64,000 nucleotides of DNA from Amoebophrya sp. A120 (GCA_905178155.1 CAJINV010000003.1:1018968-1082967); one strand, 5' to 3'; shown: positions 23,460-36,519, numbered from the stretch's first letter. The notes: generated by a model not told the origin, from the sequence alone. Translations and numbers: made by a program.

Positions 23460-24129
23460 GATTTTCTTTTTCGGTACCGATTCAATTCCAAAAGTACGAA
23501 AGTACGAAAGATACGATACGTGGATCTCGATCGTTTTGGTGTAAGTACACCAAAAGGAGTGCTAGACCTCTCTAGTTCACATGCTCCTGGATCTCTTTTT
23601 TAGAGCACCATCGGTGGTTGCCGGTATAGTTGAGATGGCTGGGAAAACATCTTCGATCTGTGATGTCCTTCTGTATGTATGTGGTACGTATCTTTGATTT
23701 GCTGCGGCCGCCGCCGCTCGCTCTTCGAGGTGGAGGATCGATTCTCCTTTGTAAGAAACACATGCAAACAAGTACAAAAGGAGGACTTATTACCCATACG
23801 CATACTCTTTCATTCGCATGCAGGATTTGTGGCTGTGCCAGTGCCTGCACTGCAGTTTAAGAGGCGCAATAGTGAATCTCGTTGTTCGTTCATTTTCATA
23901 AAATTATTCGAATTCATTCAGATTCGGTTCGGGGCTGTAATCGCACGTCCACTTTCGTGCATCTAATAGAACGAAGGAAAGCGACGTTGCACGGGTGGGA
24001 TAAGAACGTTTCTGATTTTTTTGCGGTGCTGAATTCACATTCAGGTGAGATTTGATCGAAACAGAAACTGAAACACACGCACTACTAGTGCGCCGCATCG
24101 TCAACATTCATTGTTCCTTCTTCAGGCCG

Positions 24130-25700
24130 TCAGTTAACCAAAACGTGTGCCGGAGTCTCCAGTCGAGTGGGCAGTGGCGGCAATTTGACCTGATTCACGT
24201 TGGTTCGGAAACTTCTTGAAAAATCCGATCCAGCCGTGGATTCCAAGTCGAACGAAGCTGTTCTCGTCTTTGCCCGGGTGCTGTTCTGGATCCGCGGGGC
24301 GGGAGCTTCGCCAAGAATCTTCGCGGCAAGAGATACCGGGTCGTGACTCACGGAGCCGGCGCGGGCTGCCGGTAGATTCAAATTTCCAAAGAACGTGTTG
24401 TTGAACTGATCGAGGGGCGCTGGAGTTGGCGCGGGGGCTGCTGTAGTTACGGGGCCGGAGGACCACCCATTCGAGGAGGTTGAGGAAGAGACCCCACCGT
24501 GGTCAAGAACATGTCGCACTCCTGGCATGATGTGATCTTGCTGCAAAAAGCTCGTCGGCAATTCGCAGCTAGAATCTGAGCTCGGCGGGGGCCCTGTCTT
24601 CGACAAGGCTTGCAGGATTGCCGGATCGACGCGCATCGTTTTGTTGCGCTTCCGGGTCCCGCCGCGCATGTGCTCCGATGACCAAGTGACGAGCCTCTCG
24701 TGCCCAAGTTCTGCGGCGGGAGCAACTACCCGCGTGCCGGCGCTCATCGAAGGGCCTGTCGCTGCTCCTGAAGACTTGGCGTTTGTTGAGCCACCAGAAG
24801 TAGATCCTGCTCCGCCGTTGGTGAAAGACAGGGCCGAAGCGTTGAAGCTGCTCAAACCCCGCTGATGCAAGCTCCGTAAAGCAATGCTATTGGCGTGCTG
24901 TTCGTGCAACATCCTCGACTCCCGTGCGTCCCGGCGCAGCTCTGCCGCAGTTTTGAACTTCGGCGGGTATCCAAGAAAAAAACACCATCACAATCACTTT
25001 TGCACATTTTTGCAATACAAAAAATTTTTGTCATGCGCAAAAATGCATCACAGTCAACACTTATAGCCGATTTCCCTTTGTGTTTTTGCAATACAAGAAA
25101 GTTTTGTTATGCGAGACAAATTTCTGATGCAAAACCTCCCAAGTGTGATTGTGATGGTGTTTTTTTCTTGGATAGCGGGTGGTCTTGTTCTACTTCGCTC
25201 GGAGTAGGACCTGCAGCATGATGCTGATGGGAAACTACAAATTGACCTTTTGCATCAGGGTTATTACCGTCACCGTTCGCCTGCTGTTGTTCCAACTCCT
25301 TGTCGCGCCTCATCTTCAGAATCTCAGCACTGAAGTTGTAGCTCTTCAGTACTGCCTGTTCATTTTCGGACAACACGTTTGTTTTCAGCACTCCTGGGGT
25401 CGGTTGCAGCTCCGAGCGCACGGGGTTCCGCACATAGTCTTCCTCCATCATCAGCGGATTGGAACGGAAGTTCTTGCGCAGACGCGCCGCACCCGTGTTC
25501 CGCGTCAAGTCGAAGAATACCTCTCCGAGGTGATTCGGATATGGTTCTGCACCTGCGCTATAATTTTCGTTCTCGGAAGTGGCACTCGCTACTCCAAGCT
25601 GTTTTGCCTGGTGAGTTGTAGAGAGTGGCGGCCCACCAGACATTTCCGAAAAGACCCCGGAAGGGGGGCGCGGACGGGTGCACAACAGGTTGTCCATCAT
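24130..25700 (-). CDS. Hypothetical protein, two exons
   Basis: ORFs 25107..25700 and 24130..24912 join in frame (EQDHP|PKFKTAAELRRDARESRMLHEQ) after removing element 24968-25174 plus one repeat. Confidence 0.72.
24968..25174. mobile_element. Introner-like TIR element (TATCCAAGAAAAAAAC type)
   Basis: TATCCAAGAAAAAAACACCATCACAATCAC ... GTGATTGTGATGGTGTTTTTTTCTTGGATA. GCGGG repeat at 24963-24967 and 25175-25179. Confidence 0.94.
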
Positions 25701-26327
25701 ATCTTTAGCTGCAAAAGTGTTCTTCTAACTCTACTCTTCGTTTCTATAAAAACTTGATTTTCACGCCTGGGTCAGAAAGCATCTAGTAGTTTAAGGTGAG
25801 GGAGGGACTGTTCGATTCCTGATGTGGAGGGAAGGGGCGGATACATAGAGACAGTATGTAGGCTGGAAGGTTCCACTACTTCGTACCAAGTTGTAGAACG
25901 AGACGAGGGAACAAGCAAAACACCTCGACGCGGAACGCTTTTTGTTCATACATTGTGCCCTCGACCGCTCTCCTCGCTCGACGTCTCTCAACGGCTCATA
26001 AAACCATGCGCTCCTCAGTCTCACACACGCTATCATACCGTAATGTGGCAGTGCCGTGGACAACCGCACGCGGTAATACTTCAACTCTATGTCACCAACT
26101 TCGGTATACGGACTAAGTGACGTCGTGCCTCTTGTCAGCAGCGAACAACGGTTTAGAGTATGGAGCCGAACAAACTTGCAAGAAGAAGAAACTGTGGAAA
26201 CAAGCCATGAAAAAGCGCAACCCGATGCTTCTGCTTATCTTTATGTGTACATTTTCTTGTTACCACAAGAAACCCTCCTAGACAGGGGGTCTATGTGTAT
26301 CCGCTAGTACAACACTCAGTACTCAAA

Positions 26328-28540
26328 TCAAGGCGGCACAACGGACTGGTCGAGCGCGCGCCGGACTTGAGCAAATGTGTTTTCGATGTCCGCATAGTTC
26401 AGTGGCTGTTGCGTGTTTCCGTAGTGCACTACGGTCGGCCGGCCCGACTTCAGCAACTTCCTCGCTACCCTGGTAAGGTCGTCCGCAGTAATTTGATCGA
26501 CCATGGCGGCAAAGTCACGACCTGATAATGTTGGATTTTTATATCGTGTACGTTTGTGCACGAAGATGTTCCTTCTCAAAAAAATAAATGATTCGAGGCC
26601 CTGGGTTCATACACAGTATCGTCGCAACGTGCACAAAACATCTTCATCTTCACAGGAGGTCAAAAATCTTTGGATCAAGTGTAAAAGTCTAAGTCCCGCC
26701 GACTTCTTCTTACCACTTGCAATCACGCCGGACATGAGCAGCTGTCGTGCGAAGTCCTCCAGCAGGACGGCGTTGGGCTCCAGATTCATGTAGATGCTGC
26801 TCTTCAGCTGGTTTTTCGCCCGCTGCACTTCGATCGGGTGGAAGGTGCGCAGGTCGAAGAAGGTGTTGGCGACGATGGTGATGAAGTCCTTTGCGTGGTT
26901 CGGGTCGACCATACCGTAAATTCCGACTAGGCCGCTGTCTGAGTACTGGTGCGAAAACGCACTGCACTGCTCCACCCACGAGTACCGATTCAAAACGTTC
27001 GTGAACAACCGACTGTGCATGCCCTTCCCGGGCCCGCCGGTGCTGAAGCTCCCGCCCCCGCCGAGCAGGGTTTGCAGCACGCTCGCGGCCAGAACTTCTT
27101 CCCCGTTCCAACCGCCCTCCAACAGAAACGCGACCGCGAGGTGGGCCAGCGGTCCCTGCTGCTCCGGGGGCAGCGGAGAGGATTGCGCGTGAAACCCGCC
27201 CACGTAGTCCTGCGGCTTCAGTATTCTTGGGGTTTCTCGTTCTTCCGAGACGCCTGACGCTTCCGTTGCGCCCATCGCCATGTGGCTACTTGTTGTACCT
27301 TCTTCGTCCACCTCCAGACACGAAGCACACTCGGCCAGACTTGTTTGCACTTCTTTTACCAACTGGGCGTGGGGCACGTTGACGCCGCAGAACAGCAGTT
27401 TGCTGCCGTCGGAGGCGAACCGCCTGTGGTACCCAGGCAGCACGTCGAGAATTTTCTCGGTGTTTTTGGCCATGAGCGGGCTCCCGAGCCCGGGTTCGTC
27501 CCCGTACGCCACCTGGTGAAGCAGCTCGTTCACCGCCGACTCCGGATGCTGGTCAAGCACGTGCAGTTGCTTCGATTCTTCGATCTTCGCAACAGCTTCG
27601 GCCACTTCCTCGGGTACAAACTTGGGACAGAGGAAGTTCGAGGCAAGCAGGGGAACTATTTCCGGCACTGCGTCTCGCAGGGCTTCCACCTGAAGAAATT
27701 TGTTTAGTTCATTCATGGAGCACAGATCATACATGTTTAGCTCTAGGGGGGCCTCCTGTCCCGTGGATGTCAGCTTATCATATAGGTGGATTTTGCTTGA
27801 GAATCCTTCGAACTTGAAGATGCAGATGAAAAGCTTGTTACTCGATAGAGCAGTGTTTCCCTTGTCGCGCCGGCTATGCTGAAGTGTGCTCCCAGATGTT
27901 CGAGGAGTTTCGCCATGCCAAAGTTCGTGAAGTGCTTGGTTTCTCGCAGGGCCAGCAGCTCCAGGAGGTGCGTACAACCTTGCTCGTCCGCAGTCTCGTA
28001 CCTGGACCCGATCTGCACCGCCAGGCCAAGCTGCGCGCCGGCCCCGCCGCGATCGCAGCTCACGATGCGCGTTCCGTTGTCCAATTGTGTAAACTGCATG
28101 GGCTCCACGAACATCTGCGAGAACCTCGGGCTCTTGTAGTTCTGGTGCCCACTTGCAAATGCCGAGGAACTGCTCGAACTGCTCGAGCTCGATGAGGAAC
28201 TGCTGCTAGAAGAAGACGGTGATGTAGTTCCCTTTAACAAACCCGCCGGTTGCAGGTCCAATGTTCGTCCTCGAAACTTCTTGCTCAGTTGCTCATCCTG
28301 TAGCCTCCTGCTGTGAAATTCTGCAGTACCAGTGGCACCTTGTCCCAACGCGTCCAACGAGGATAAGCCTGGCCCGTTATTCTCATCTTGGGAGGTCGCC
28401 GATTCCGGCGGCGGGTTGAACTTGGGTCTCGTGAGTACCTGATTCAGCGCTCGGCTGAAAGACCTCAGCGCCGACGGTTGAGCGGCCCCCGCACATGTTC
28501 GCGCTGCGCCGCGCCCAGACAGGGCAAACCTCGACAACAT
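26328..28540 (-). CDS. PMPCA: Mitochondrial processing peptidase alpha subunit (M16 family)
   Basis: Presequence MLSRFALSGRGAAR; TQLDNGTRIVS; GSRYE; degenerate HLLELL (no HxxEH); glycine-rich loop LGGGGSFSTGGPGKGMHSRL; YSDSGLVGIY. GT-AG introns 27690-27841 and 26522-26713. Confidence 0.93.
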
Positions 28541-29304
28541 GATGCCGAAATCCTGTTGTAAGTGAAAGTGTACAGTAAGGGGAACTGCTACCTTGTTATG
28601 GACATGGTGAGAAGTCGGTGCTCTTTAGTGCTTTGCAACATGCTGCTAAAGAGCATTCCACTACGAACACAATGGGATATGGCAACTTTCTGGTTATTGG
28701 AAGCTCCTACTCACAACAGCACCCCGTGGCGTTCCACTTGCGTTACTAGTTTGTCCCTTGAAAAGAGTCTGAAACAGATAAATGATCAAGCTCGAAGATC
28801 GGGCACTGACAGATCGATAAAAGCTAAAGATCGTGTTCATTGAGCGGTGTAAAAACAAAAAGGAGCCTGGCTGTGATGCAAACTGAAAGAGAAATATAAG
28901 ACGGGAGAGCTCTCTTCAGATCAAAAACTGACGGCTCAAGTTCGTAGGCACAGCTACGCATCAATCCTCACAATCGCCTTTATTTGCAAAAACTGAAAGT
29001 CAAAGTACTTATTCTATGCATGGAGAACACTAGTGCGCTTCTGGTTCTGGTGCGCGTGCAATTTGCTGCGCAACACGAACACCACTATCAACGATAATCA
29101 TATAATCGATCATCTGTGTCAAGTATACAATTGCGAAACGGACCGCGCTCACCTGCGAGCCCGTACATGCGTTTTGTCGCTATCTGTGAAAAAATTTGCT
29201 TTTGTGGGAGATGACATTGAGATTGACATATTATCCCAGTCTCATTAATTGTAAGGGTTAAAGTCAGGACCACGAGAGAAAAAAGTCGACGCTGACTCCA
29301 CCGT

Positions 29305-32300
29305 CTAATCCACGCGGATCCTCGGTACCGAGGCGCTTACAGGTCGCGTTCGCATGCATTCTGCGTCGCACAGGATGACCTTGGCACCCGTTCGGATTTG
29401 ACGGAAAGTTCTTGGGTGGACTACCTCGGAAATACCCACCACCGTCGTGGACAGGGCTTGAAACAAGACGGGCAAGGGCTCCTCCTTTGCATCCTGTTCA
29501 TCCGCATCTGAAAGGAGCGGGCGATCGACCACAACAAACCCCTTCCCAGCAAAGTCGACACTTCCCACAGGCAACACCGCAATTTTCCACATTTTGTTCT
29601 TTTCATCACCAACCGCAGGGTCCTCGCGACCATGTACTAGCTCCTCCTCGTCCCGTAGCAGTTTTTTATAATACTATTCAAAAAATTCTGGCGGACGCGG
29701 GGGTGCGAGGTGCTAGTAGAAACGCTGCTAGTAGAATTGTGCTAGTGGAAAAGCAGCCACTAGTAGAAATCCTGCTAGTGGTTTTAGCGTCACAAAAAGG
29801 CGCGACCGGTACTAGTGACAGGCACCACTAGTGAAGGTGCCCACTAGTGGAGACACTAGTGACAAAAATGCAGATTTTGGGGAAAGCGAAAACACTAGTG
29901 CGAAAACCCGCCAACGCAGCCGGAGCGAGAAATCGCGATAGAAACACAATAGACCAGCAAAAGCTCGCCCGGGCCGCGTGTCAAGGAGACTCGGGCAGGG
30001 GGCTTGGGGCAGCGGTCTCCCCTTGCCGAGCATTCTTCGTTCGGCGCCTGCTTGGCGGCTGCCGATTGCCTGCCCGGGGCCGAAGTCGTGCTGCATTCTG
30101 GCGCCCCTTGCCATTCGCCCCCTGTTTCGAGGAGGTTGGCGGCAGTTTGCGCCTTTCCTGCCGCCTGTGGCTCTCCAGGGCGGGCCTCGTCGCGTGCCCT
30201 CTGCCGGCCGCGGGGGCTCTTCGGCCTCGCCGGGGCTGCCTGATTTCGCCCCATCGGGCTGTTCGGGCGCTTCCATCCCCTTTCGTTTCCGGGGTTTTTT
30301 CCCTCTTCCCCGGGCGCGGGTTTTGGCCTGCTTACTTTTTTTGGGGGTTGTCTGGTTTCTTGCGAGAACCACCCGCAGCGCCTTCTCTGCCTTCCCGCTG
30401 CCTCCTTGCCTGCTCTGTTTTATCTTTGCTTGGCGCCGGCCGTATTTCTAGCCGTTCGGCCATCGGCGCGCTCTTTTCCTTCTTTTTCCACCTGTGACTA
30501 GCCTCCCGGGCCGTCGAAAAGGGTCCTGGCACGCTCTCCGCCGGACCTGTTTGTGGCGGCTCGGGCAGGGGGTGCGCTGTGCGCCCCCTACCGCCCCTTG
30601 CGCCTCGCGGCCTTCTCTCTACCTACACTGCTTTCGCTCCCGCTGGCCGAGGGAAGAAGGCCAGGGGCGCTGCCGTTTCTTTTTTTCGCCATTGGCGCCA
30701 GCATGGTTTGAGGCTGTAGCGCTAGGCGCTACCCGATAGCTTCTTTCTCCCTCGCTCCCCCTTGCACCCCCTCGTCGCCGGGCCGGCGGGCGCGGAGCGA
30801 CCGCCCGTTCTAGATATGTACTAGCTCCTCCTCGTCCCGTAGCAGTTTTTGCACGGGCAAGAGAACCGCGGCGGCTGGCTGCAAACAGCCCTCGCCCTGC
30901 AGGTCGCAGTAGCCCATACGCTCCTGCCGGGGGTCGAACCAATGCAGCGAGGAGACCACACTCTTCCAAAGTAAAGCCGACTGCAGGCGAACTTGGTCCT
31001 TTCCCAGCGTACCCCCCTGCCCGAACAAGAAGCCACCGATCCGCACTAGGTCAAAGTACAGGTGCGGGTGGTGAAGCCCGGAGGAGGCGATCGTGTGCAA
31101 CTTGAACAAGGCTCGTTGATAGCGTTGAGGTTCGTCAGCACTAGCTGCTGGATCATGGAAATAAACTTCCTTATCCTTTAGTACTGTGGCACGCAGAACT
31201 TCAGCTGTCTCCCGAAATTTCGCAGCGTAATGCTCCATCGCTTCGAGATCGTTCACGCAACACCAGGACGTCCCGACGCCGCGGACGTCGAGGATGTTGT
31301 GGTTATTCACTGCATTTTTCATCAGCATTTTGCTCAATCGAGCAATCGTTTCAGAGTCGTAGTCCAAGCCTTCCCGAGCCAGGCCCGAGTCGAACCACAA
31401 ATGGACTCGCAGCTTCTGCACTGTTGTTGTTGGCGCTGGAATTACACCCCTGCACACTTCGGCGACAGAAAAGTCTACTGGCGTTTTTGCATTTTCGTTT
31501 CCCGAAAACTGTAACTCTACTGAGGCCAACATTTCCTCCAACCAGCGGAGGCTGAGCACGGTGACAGAGATTTTCCTGGCGGCCAGCTCGCACAGGATCG
31601 CCAAACTTCGAGGCGCGCGGTAGAGAAGGACGATTTCAAAATCTTGATCTTCTATTTCCGGTCGCACGTCCCTTTCTGATGACACAGACACAGTGGAGTC
31701 AGGGACTACTAGCGACTCGTGCACTTTGATCGCATCCTGCAAACTGTCGACAAAAAACGTCTTTGCTCCGTCTTCCGCAAGAATCTTCGCGGCGTGGCCG
31801 ACACCGTGGCCGTAGGCGTTTGATTTCAGCACCACACCGATTTCCGGCGCGGCGGCGTCTGGCAGTGCCCTGTGGAGAATCGCCGGCACGAGTGATGACA
31901 ACCGTCGCCAATTGTCGCGGAGCCGGCCTGCGGAGACTTCCACCCAGGAACTGGGCGTTTCGCCGTTGCCGACGGCAAGAAAGGGAGTTTCGTTATCGGC
32001 CTGCGACATGTGCCTCAGTCTCCACTCCGCTTCCAAAGACCGCACCAAAAGGGCATTGTGGAATTTTTCATTCGAGTCTCCATCGTGATCGCCTTCATCC
32101 TGACCGTGCGCAACTTTAGTTGTCCGTCGACTTACGCTTCCTTTGCGCCGTTGTGCCACCAAATCAAACACCGGTGAAACGGTGGCGAGTAGTAGATAGA
32201 AATCGCGAAGGGAGTCGATCCTCTTGTTCTCTCCTATTGGGTCGTTGGTCCAATGCATTGAGTACCCGCGGTAAAAGAGAAACCGGAAAATTTCGGCAGC

Positions 32301-34359
32301 ACTGTAGTTCGGATCCTTGGCTACACCGTGGTCCCGCGCATACATCTGGAGTACGATCAAATCGGGCATGCTGCGAGCTTCGAGGGAGCGCAGGACCGAA
32401 AGCTCGTGGCCATTTGTGTTCAGCAAAAGCACGTCAGCAGCTTTCGGAAAGAAAAACGCATCGTCTAGACGGCACGTGGGGACACGGAGGTCTCGACCCG
32501 ATTTATTTTGCGCCTCGTCACCAGTTGTTGTGGTCGTTGCAGCTGTTCTTAGTAGTGCGCGACTCGAGGACACCACACCAGTGGTTCTTGCGCTTTTCAG
32601 TCTTTTTTTCGGCCTGGGTCTTACTACTGCATGGTTCTGCTCAACATTTGCGCCAGAGGTTGTACTTCCGACAGAAGAGCTGTGCGATCCGCTTCCCTCG
32701 TTTGCCTCGTCGTCCGTTCCCGTGAAGCTGGCGCTGTTGAGGCTGAAGGGCTTGCTTTTCAGGGGTATGAACTTCTGATTCTCCGCAGACACGGCTCGGT
32801 TTACCACCTCCAGGCGGTGGCCCAGCTGGTTCAGCCGAACGGACTCGCGCAGGCGTTGGGCCGTTCGCGGGACCGCTTCCACGGCTTGGCCGGTCCAATG
32901 TGCGTGTTTCTTTAGAAGGAACAGAAGGCAATCTCCAAGATTGGCACCGACTTCGATGAGATGGAGGGGTTCTGCACTTCTATCCTCATGCGCGGCCGCT
33001 GCTGCTGTTCTATCACGCTGTTTTACTTCTGACGTTGTAAAGAACCACGTCTCCACCGCTTTGAGCACGCCGCCGTTGCAATACGGGACTTTTCGTGCGC
33101 GTAAGAAGTCCGAGACAAGTTCCCGTTCGGGAAAGACTGCCAACGTCAGCTTGAGGTCCTGGTCCTTTTCAAGCCGAAATTCGTGGTTTTCCGAGTCGAT
33201 GAAGCCGGGAGCGCGCAGGTCAATTTGAACCGTCGCCGGGCGCGCAAGGTGGTCCAGGGTGTGAAGCAAAGGTGGCAGAAGCGGCAATGTCGTGCTCGTG
33301 CTACCGCTGTTTTGCAAAAAGTAGTGCCAAGGCACCGGAAGCCCGAGCGACAGAGTGGCGTAGGTGGTCAACGAAACACACGAAGAAACGGGTAAATGAA
33401 ACAGACGCTTCATCTTGTCATTTTCGCTTTGAGCAGATTCGGATTCCAGGGCGCCCGCGGCCTCTCCTGGAGGTTGCAACACGGTCGTGAGATGATGATC
33501 CCGTATTACCTGGTCCCGCAGCAGAGCGATTGCATCGCGGGCGGCAAGGCGGCCGCTCTTGTTCGCGTTGCACTGCCAGCCGTCGCTACCGCAGACAACG
33601 CGAGAAATGCGATCCGCGCCCCAAACACACTCAGCCGATGGAAAAACGGTGTGCGCGTTGGCCAGAAACTGCAATTGCGCGATTCTCGCCAGGGCCAGGA
33701 ATATCGGCGCGCCCGGTGTAGTAGGACTTGTATCCGCCTCGCTGGAAAATTTTCGTGCCACAAACCGCAACACATCCTGTACTGCCTCACCCACCTGCGC
33801 GGGCACGTGCTCTCGCGAGAAGTGGGGCAGGAGTTGGACCAAATTTGCCGTCGCGATCACGATATCGCAAGAAAAAACTGCTTCACTGTGAACTTGTGAT
33901 GCAGAAAATGGAGCACAGAACTATTTGTCTTGCTACACCTGCAAGACATTGGATTTTCAAGCGTGCTTTCCCTTGGGAAACGCGCATGGCGAATTTTCTG
34001 TGTCATGTGTAGCAAACTTGTGATGCGGTTCTTGCAAAATCATCACAGTGAAGCAGTTTTTTCGTGGGATACGCGAGTTCATCGTGCGCGTTCCGATCGA
34101 GAACATCGCTAGTCGGCACGAGCGGTGACTCGAAAAAAATCAAGTCGTAATAGTGCAGGAACGGGATATACAGGCTCAAATTGCTGCGCAGCGTGACTGG
34201 CGGTATTTTCTTGCCATCGTGTAGCTCTTCATTCTTTTCTTGGTCTACTGCACTATCAGGAGCTGCAAGACCATGCGTGATTCGAAAAATTTCCGAAAGA
34301 ATGGAAAGCAATACCAGACCTGTGGTCCTAGTGCATTTTCGAAAGAAATACGAAAGCAT
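29305..34359 (-). CDS. FkbM-family methyltransferase / alanine racemase-like (PLP fold III) fusion protein, interrupted by two insertions
   Basis: FkbM: IEVGANLGD, AVEAVP, LRESVRLN, RLDD, LLLNTNGHELSVL. Racemase: WVEVSAGRLRDNW, VVLKSNAYGHG, VHLWFDSGLAREG, DLVRIGGFLFG, then IAVLPVGSVD beyond the 29632-30850 insert. 5' exon from ORF 34003..34359. True 3' end uncertain. Confidence 0.8.
29632..30850. mobile_element. GC-rich insert bounded by perfect 35-bp direct repeats of coding sequence
   Basis: ATGTACTAGCTCCTCCTCGTCCCGTAGCAGTTTTT at 29632-29666 and 30816-30850. Removing 1184 bp gives QKLLRDEEELVH|GREDPAVGDEKNKMWKIAVLPVG in frame. Confidence 0.82.
33863..34071. mobile_element. Introner-like TIR element (TATCGCAAGAAAAAAC type)
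   Basis: TATCGCAAGAAAAAACTGCTTCACTGTGA ... TCACAGTGAAGCAGTTTTTTCGTGGGATA. CACGA/CGCGA repeat (one mismatch). Join reads HDEL(A/V)|IATANL. Confidence 0.9.
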
Positions 34360-35036
34360 TTTTTACAACTATAGCGAAGCTGATTCTTTACCGTATGTTC
34401 GATGAAGGCGAAAAGTTTCTTGTCACGGACCAAAATGCTTGTAGACGGAGAAGCGCGTCGGGCTTTAGTTTCATCACCACAAAAGCCTAAAAGAAAACCA
34501 CCACAATAAAACCCGCACCAAGTCTAGGTGGCATCCGAACACAAGCGTGGTGGCAACAAGTCACATGATGTGAAGCGCTTTGATCGCTAAGTGATCAAAG
34601 CGCTTCTACGGCTACCGCATCCGTAGTGGTCACAGAAATGGTCTTATGAAAAAATTATGGCGCGCTGGCTTTGCCTTCATCACCAATATGTTCTTGTACT
34701 TAGTGGTTTAGTGGACTCACTGGGTGCAGCCGAAGCCAGATGAAACTGTAGCAAATTAGTAGTCTTTCAGTATGACGCGAAGCGAAACTACTGCCTGGTG
34801 TGCTGGAGTGCAATTATCATGCATGCCAATTTTGTTTCTTCCATTACCTTTACTGATTATGGTAATAATCCATGTGATGTCCTCAAAGTGTAGTCTTTTA
34901 CTGTGGGTAGTGCAGGTTGCCTGAACCTCAGCTCCAAGACCGCAAAAATTTGTTGATAGTGATAGCTACTTCTCTTCTCGCACCAGCTGTTCGGCTTTGT
35001 TTTCTGCCAGTTGCTTGTGCGGCCTCTCCGCCGTTA

Positions 35037-35803
35037 CTAGTCCGCACTGTTGTAGATCTCTCTGGACGCTTTATTGCGAAGTTTTGTGATCACAGGTTCC
35101 CAGCACCTCGCTGCTTCCTCTGCGAGGTCAAGCAAGTGTGGCACCTGTGTAATACACTGCACCGCCTCACCACAAACCTCGACTGACACCTGTGGTCCCA
35201 ATAAGGCAGGCACGGGATTTTTGTACTCCTCTGCTGGAGCAGGTCGTGCTTGGTTCACATCACTAGATGTGCTCGTAGCGAGGGAAGTCGTAGACCCTTC
35301 GCGGGGGCCAAGAACAGCGTTCGTCTTGTTCAACATCTGAAGTGGTTGTAGAATGTCCAGCGACATGTGAACCTTCGTCGTTCTCGGAACCTTAAAGACG
35401 GTACTACTGGGAGGTGTAGTTTCAGCTACCGACCGCGGCGTCAGGGAAATTTTGCTCGTAGTTTCCGAACTGTAACTGTCATGCCGGCTCAACAAGAAGT
35501 TCCTGGTTTCGCGGAGTTTTTGCAACTGCAACCAGGTCATGGATATGCTCTGCAAAAGTATCGTACTCGTTGTACTATTTGCAATCATGCATGACAAATC
35601 TTGTTTCTTAGCCAAATCAGAATTACAAACTCCATTTCTCCTTCTGAGAAAATTTGTATTGCGATTTATGCTAGTACGATGCTTTTGCAATGCATAATGG
35701 AGCACGCCAGTGATGGACAAGCGCACCGCAGCACCACTGTCGGCAAGGCCATCAGCGAGGACGATGCAGCGGCTCCAACGGCTGCTGGGATGGACGCCGC
35801 CAT
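35037..35803 (-). CDS. Small hypothetical protein, two exons
   Basis: ATG at 35803 (MAASIPAAVGAAASS...) joins the 35037 ORF frame (LACS|MTWLQLQK) after removing element 35544-35696 plus one repeat. Confidence 0.6.
35544..35696. mobile_element. Introner-like TIR element (short TATGC type)
   Basis: TATGCTCTGCAAAAGTATCGTACT ... AGTACGATGCTTTTGCAATGCATA. ATGGA repeat at 35539-35543 and 35697-35701. Confidence 0.85.
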
Positions 35804-36519
35804 GGTATGTTTTTGAGTTTATTTTTCGCTCCTCGGGCGAACGCGAAGCAATGTGAATGTAGAAGTAGATGTACTTTCAACAACTGGAAACAAAATACTA
35901 AAACGTTTGATCTTGATGTTGAAAAGGGAGCTCAAGGTTGTCGTACGAGCTTATGCATATGCCCGAGCATAGAGTCGACCAGCGGCAGCGGTGGCACGTA
36001 CACGAGCGCTACTCGACGTGATTTCGTCGATACATGTTCATCTTACTATTGCAGACAAGTACGTCGTAGGTGTTAGGACCGCCAAAAAAAGTTCATTTTG
36101 CACCAAAAAATCGCAGATCAGCCGTTCGAAGTATGATGCGAGTCCGCCTGGCAGGTAGATGACTTGGCGGACACTGGTTTGTAACAGCAAGAGCAGCAAG
36201 AGACAGTTCCATTACGTGGTGATCTAGAAGAACCAAATCGAGCAGACGGAACGATTTCAATTTCAACATGATGGAAAACTGGAACACCAGGTACACTCGA
36301 AGGCCACCTGTTCGCCCTTCTTCGAGAAAAGTTTCGTCTTGAAGGACTTCGTCAGTATCAACTTTGTCTCCAATCGAATCACGTCAAAGAAATGCACCAA
36401 AGGATTGTACATGTATCGTCTGCTAACACTAACTTTCTCAACATCTAAATCTACTCACTTACATAATCTTTTGGCAATCTTAGTCATGTTTTCCGCTCTC
36501 GCTGAGACCATCGAAAAAG

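Noticed and set aside
27690-27977. Overlapping frames in MPP alpha suggesting a pseudogene
   Set aside because: Explained by GT-AG intron 27690-27841.
30787-30815. Helitron-like 3' end (GC hairpin then CTAG) of the 35-bp-repeat insert
   Set aside because: The stem is only 6 bp, there is no 5' TC start, and Helitrons do not create target duplications; too weak to assign.
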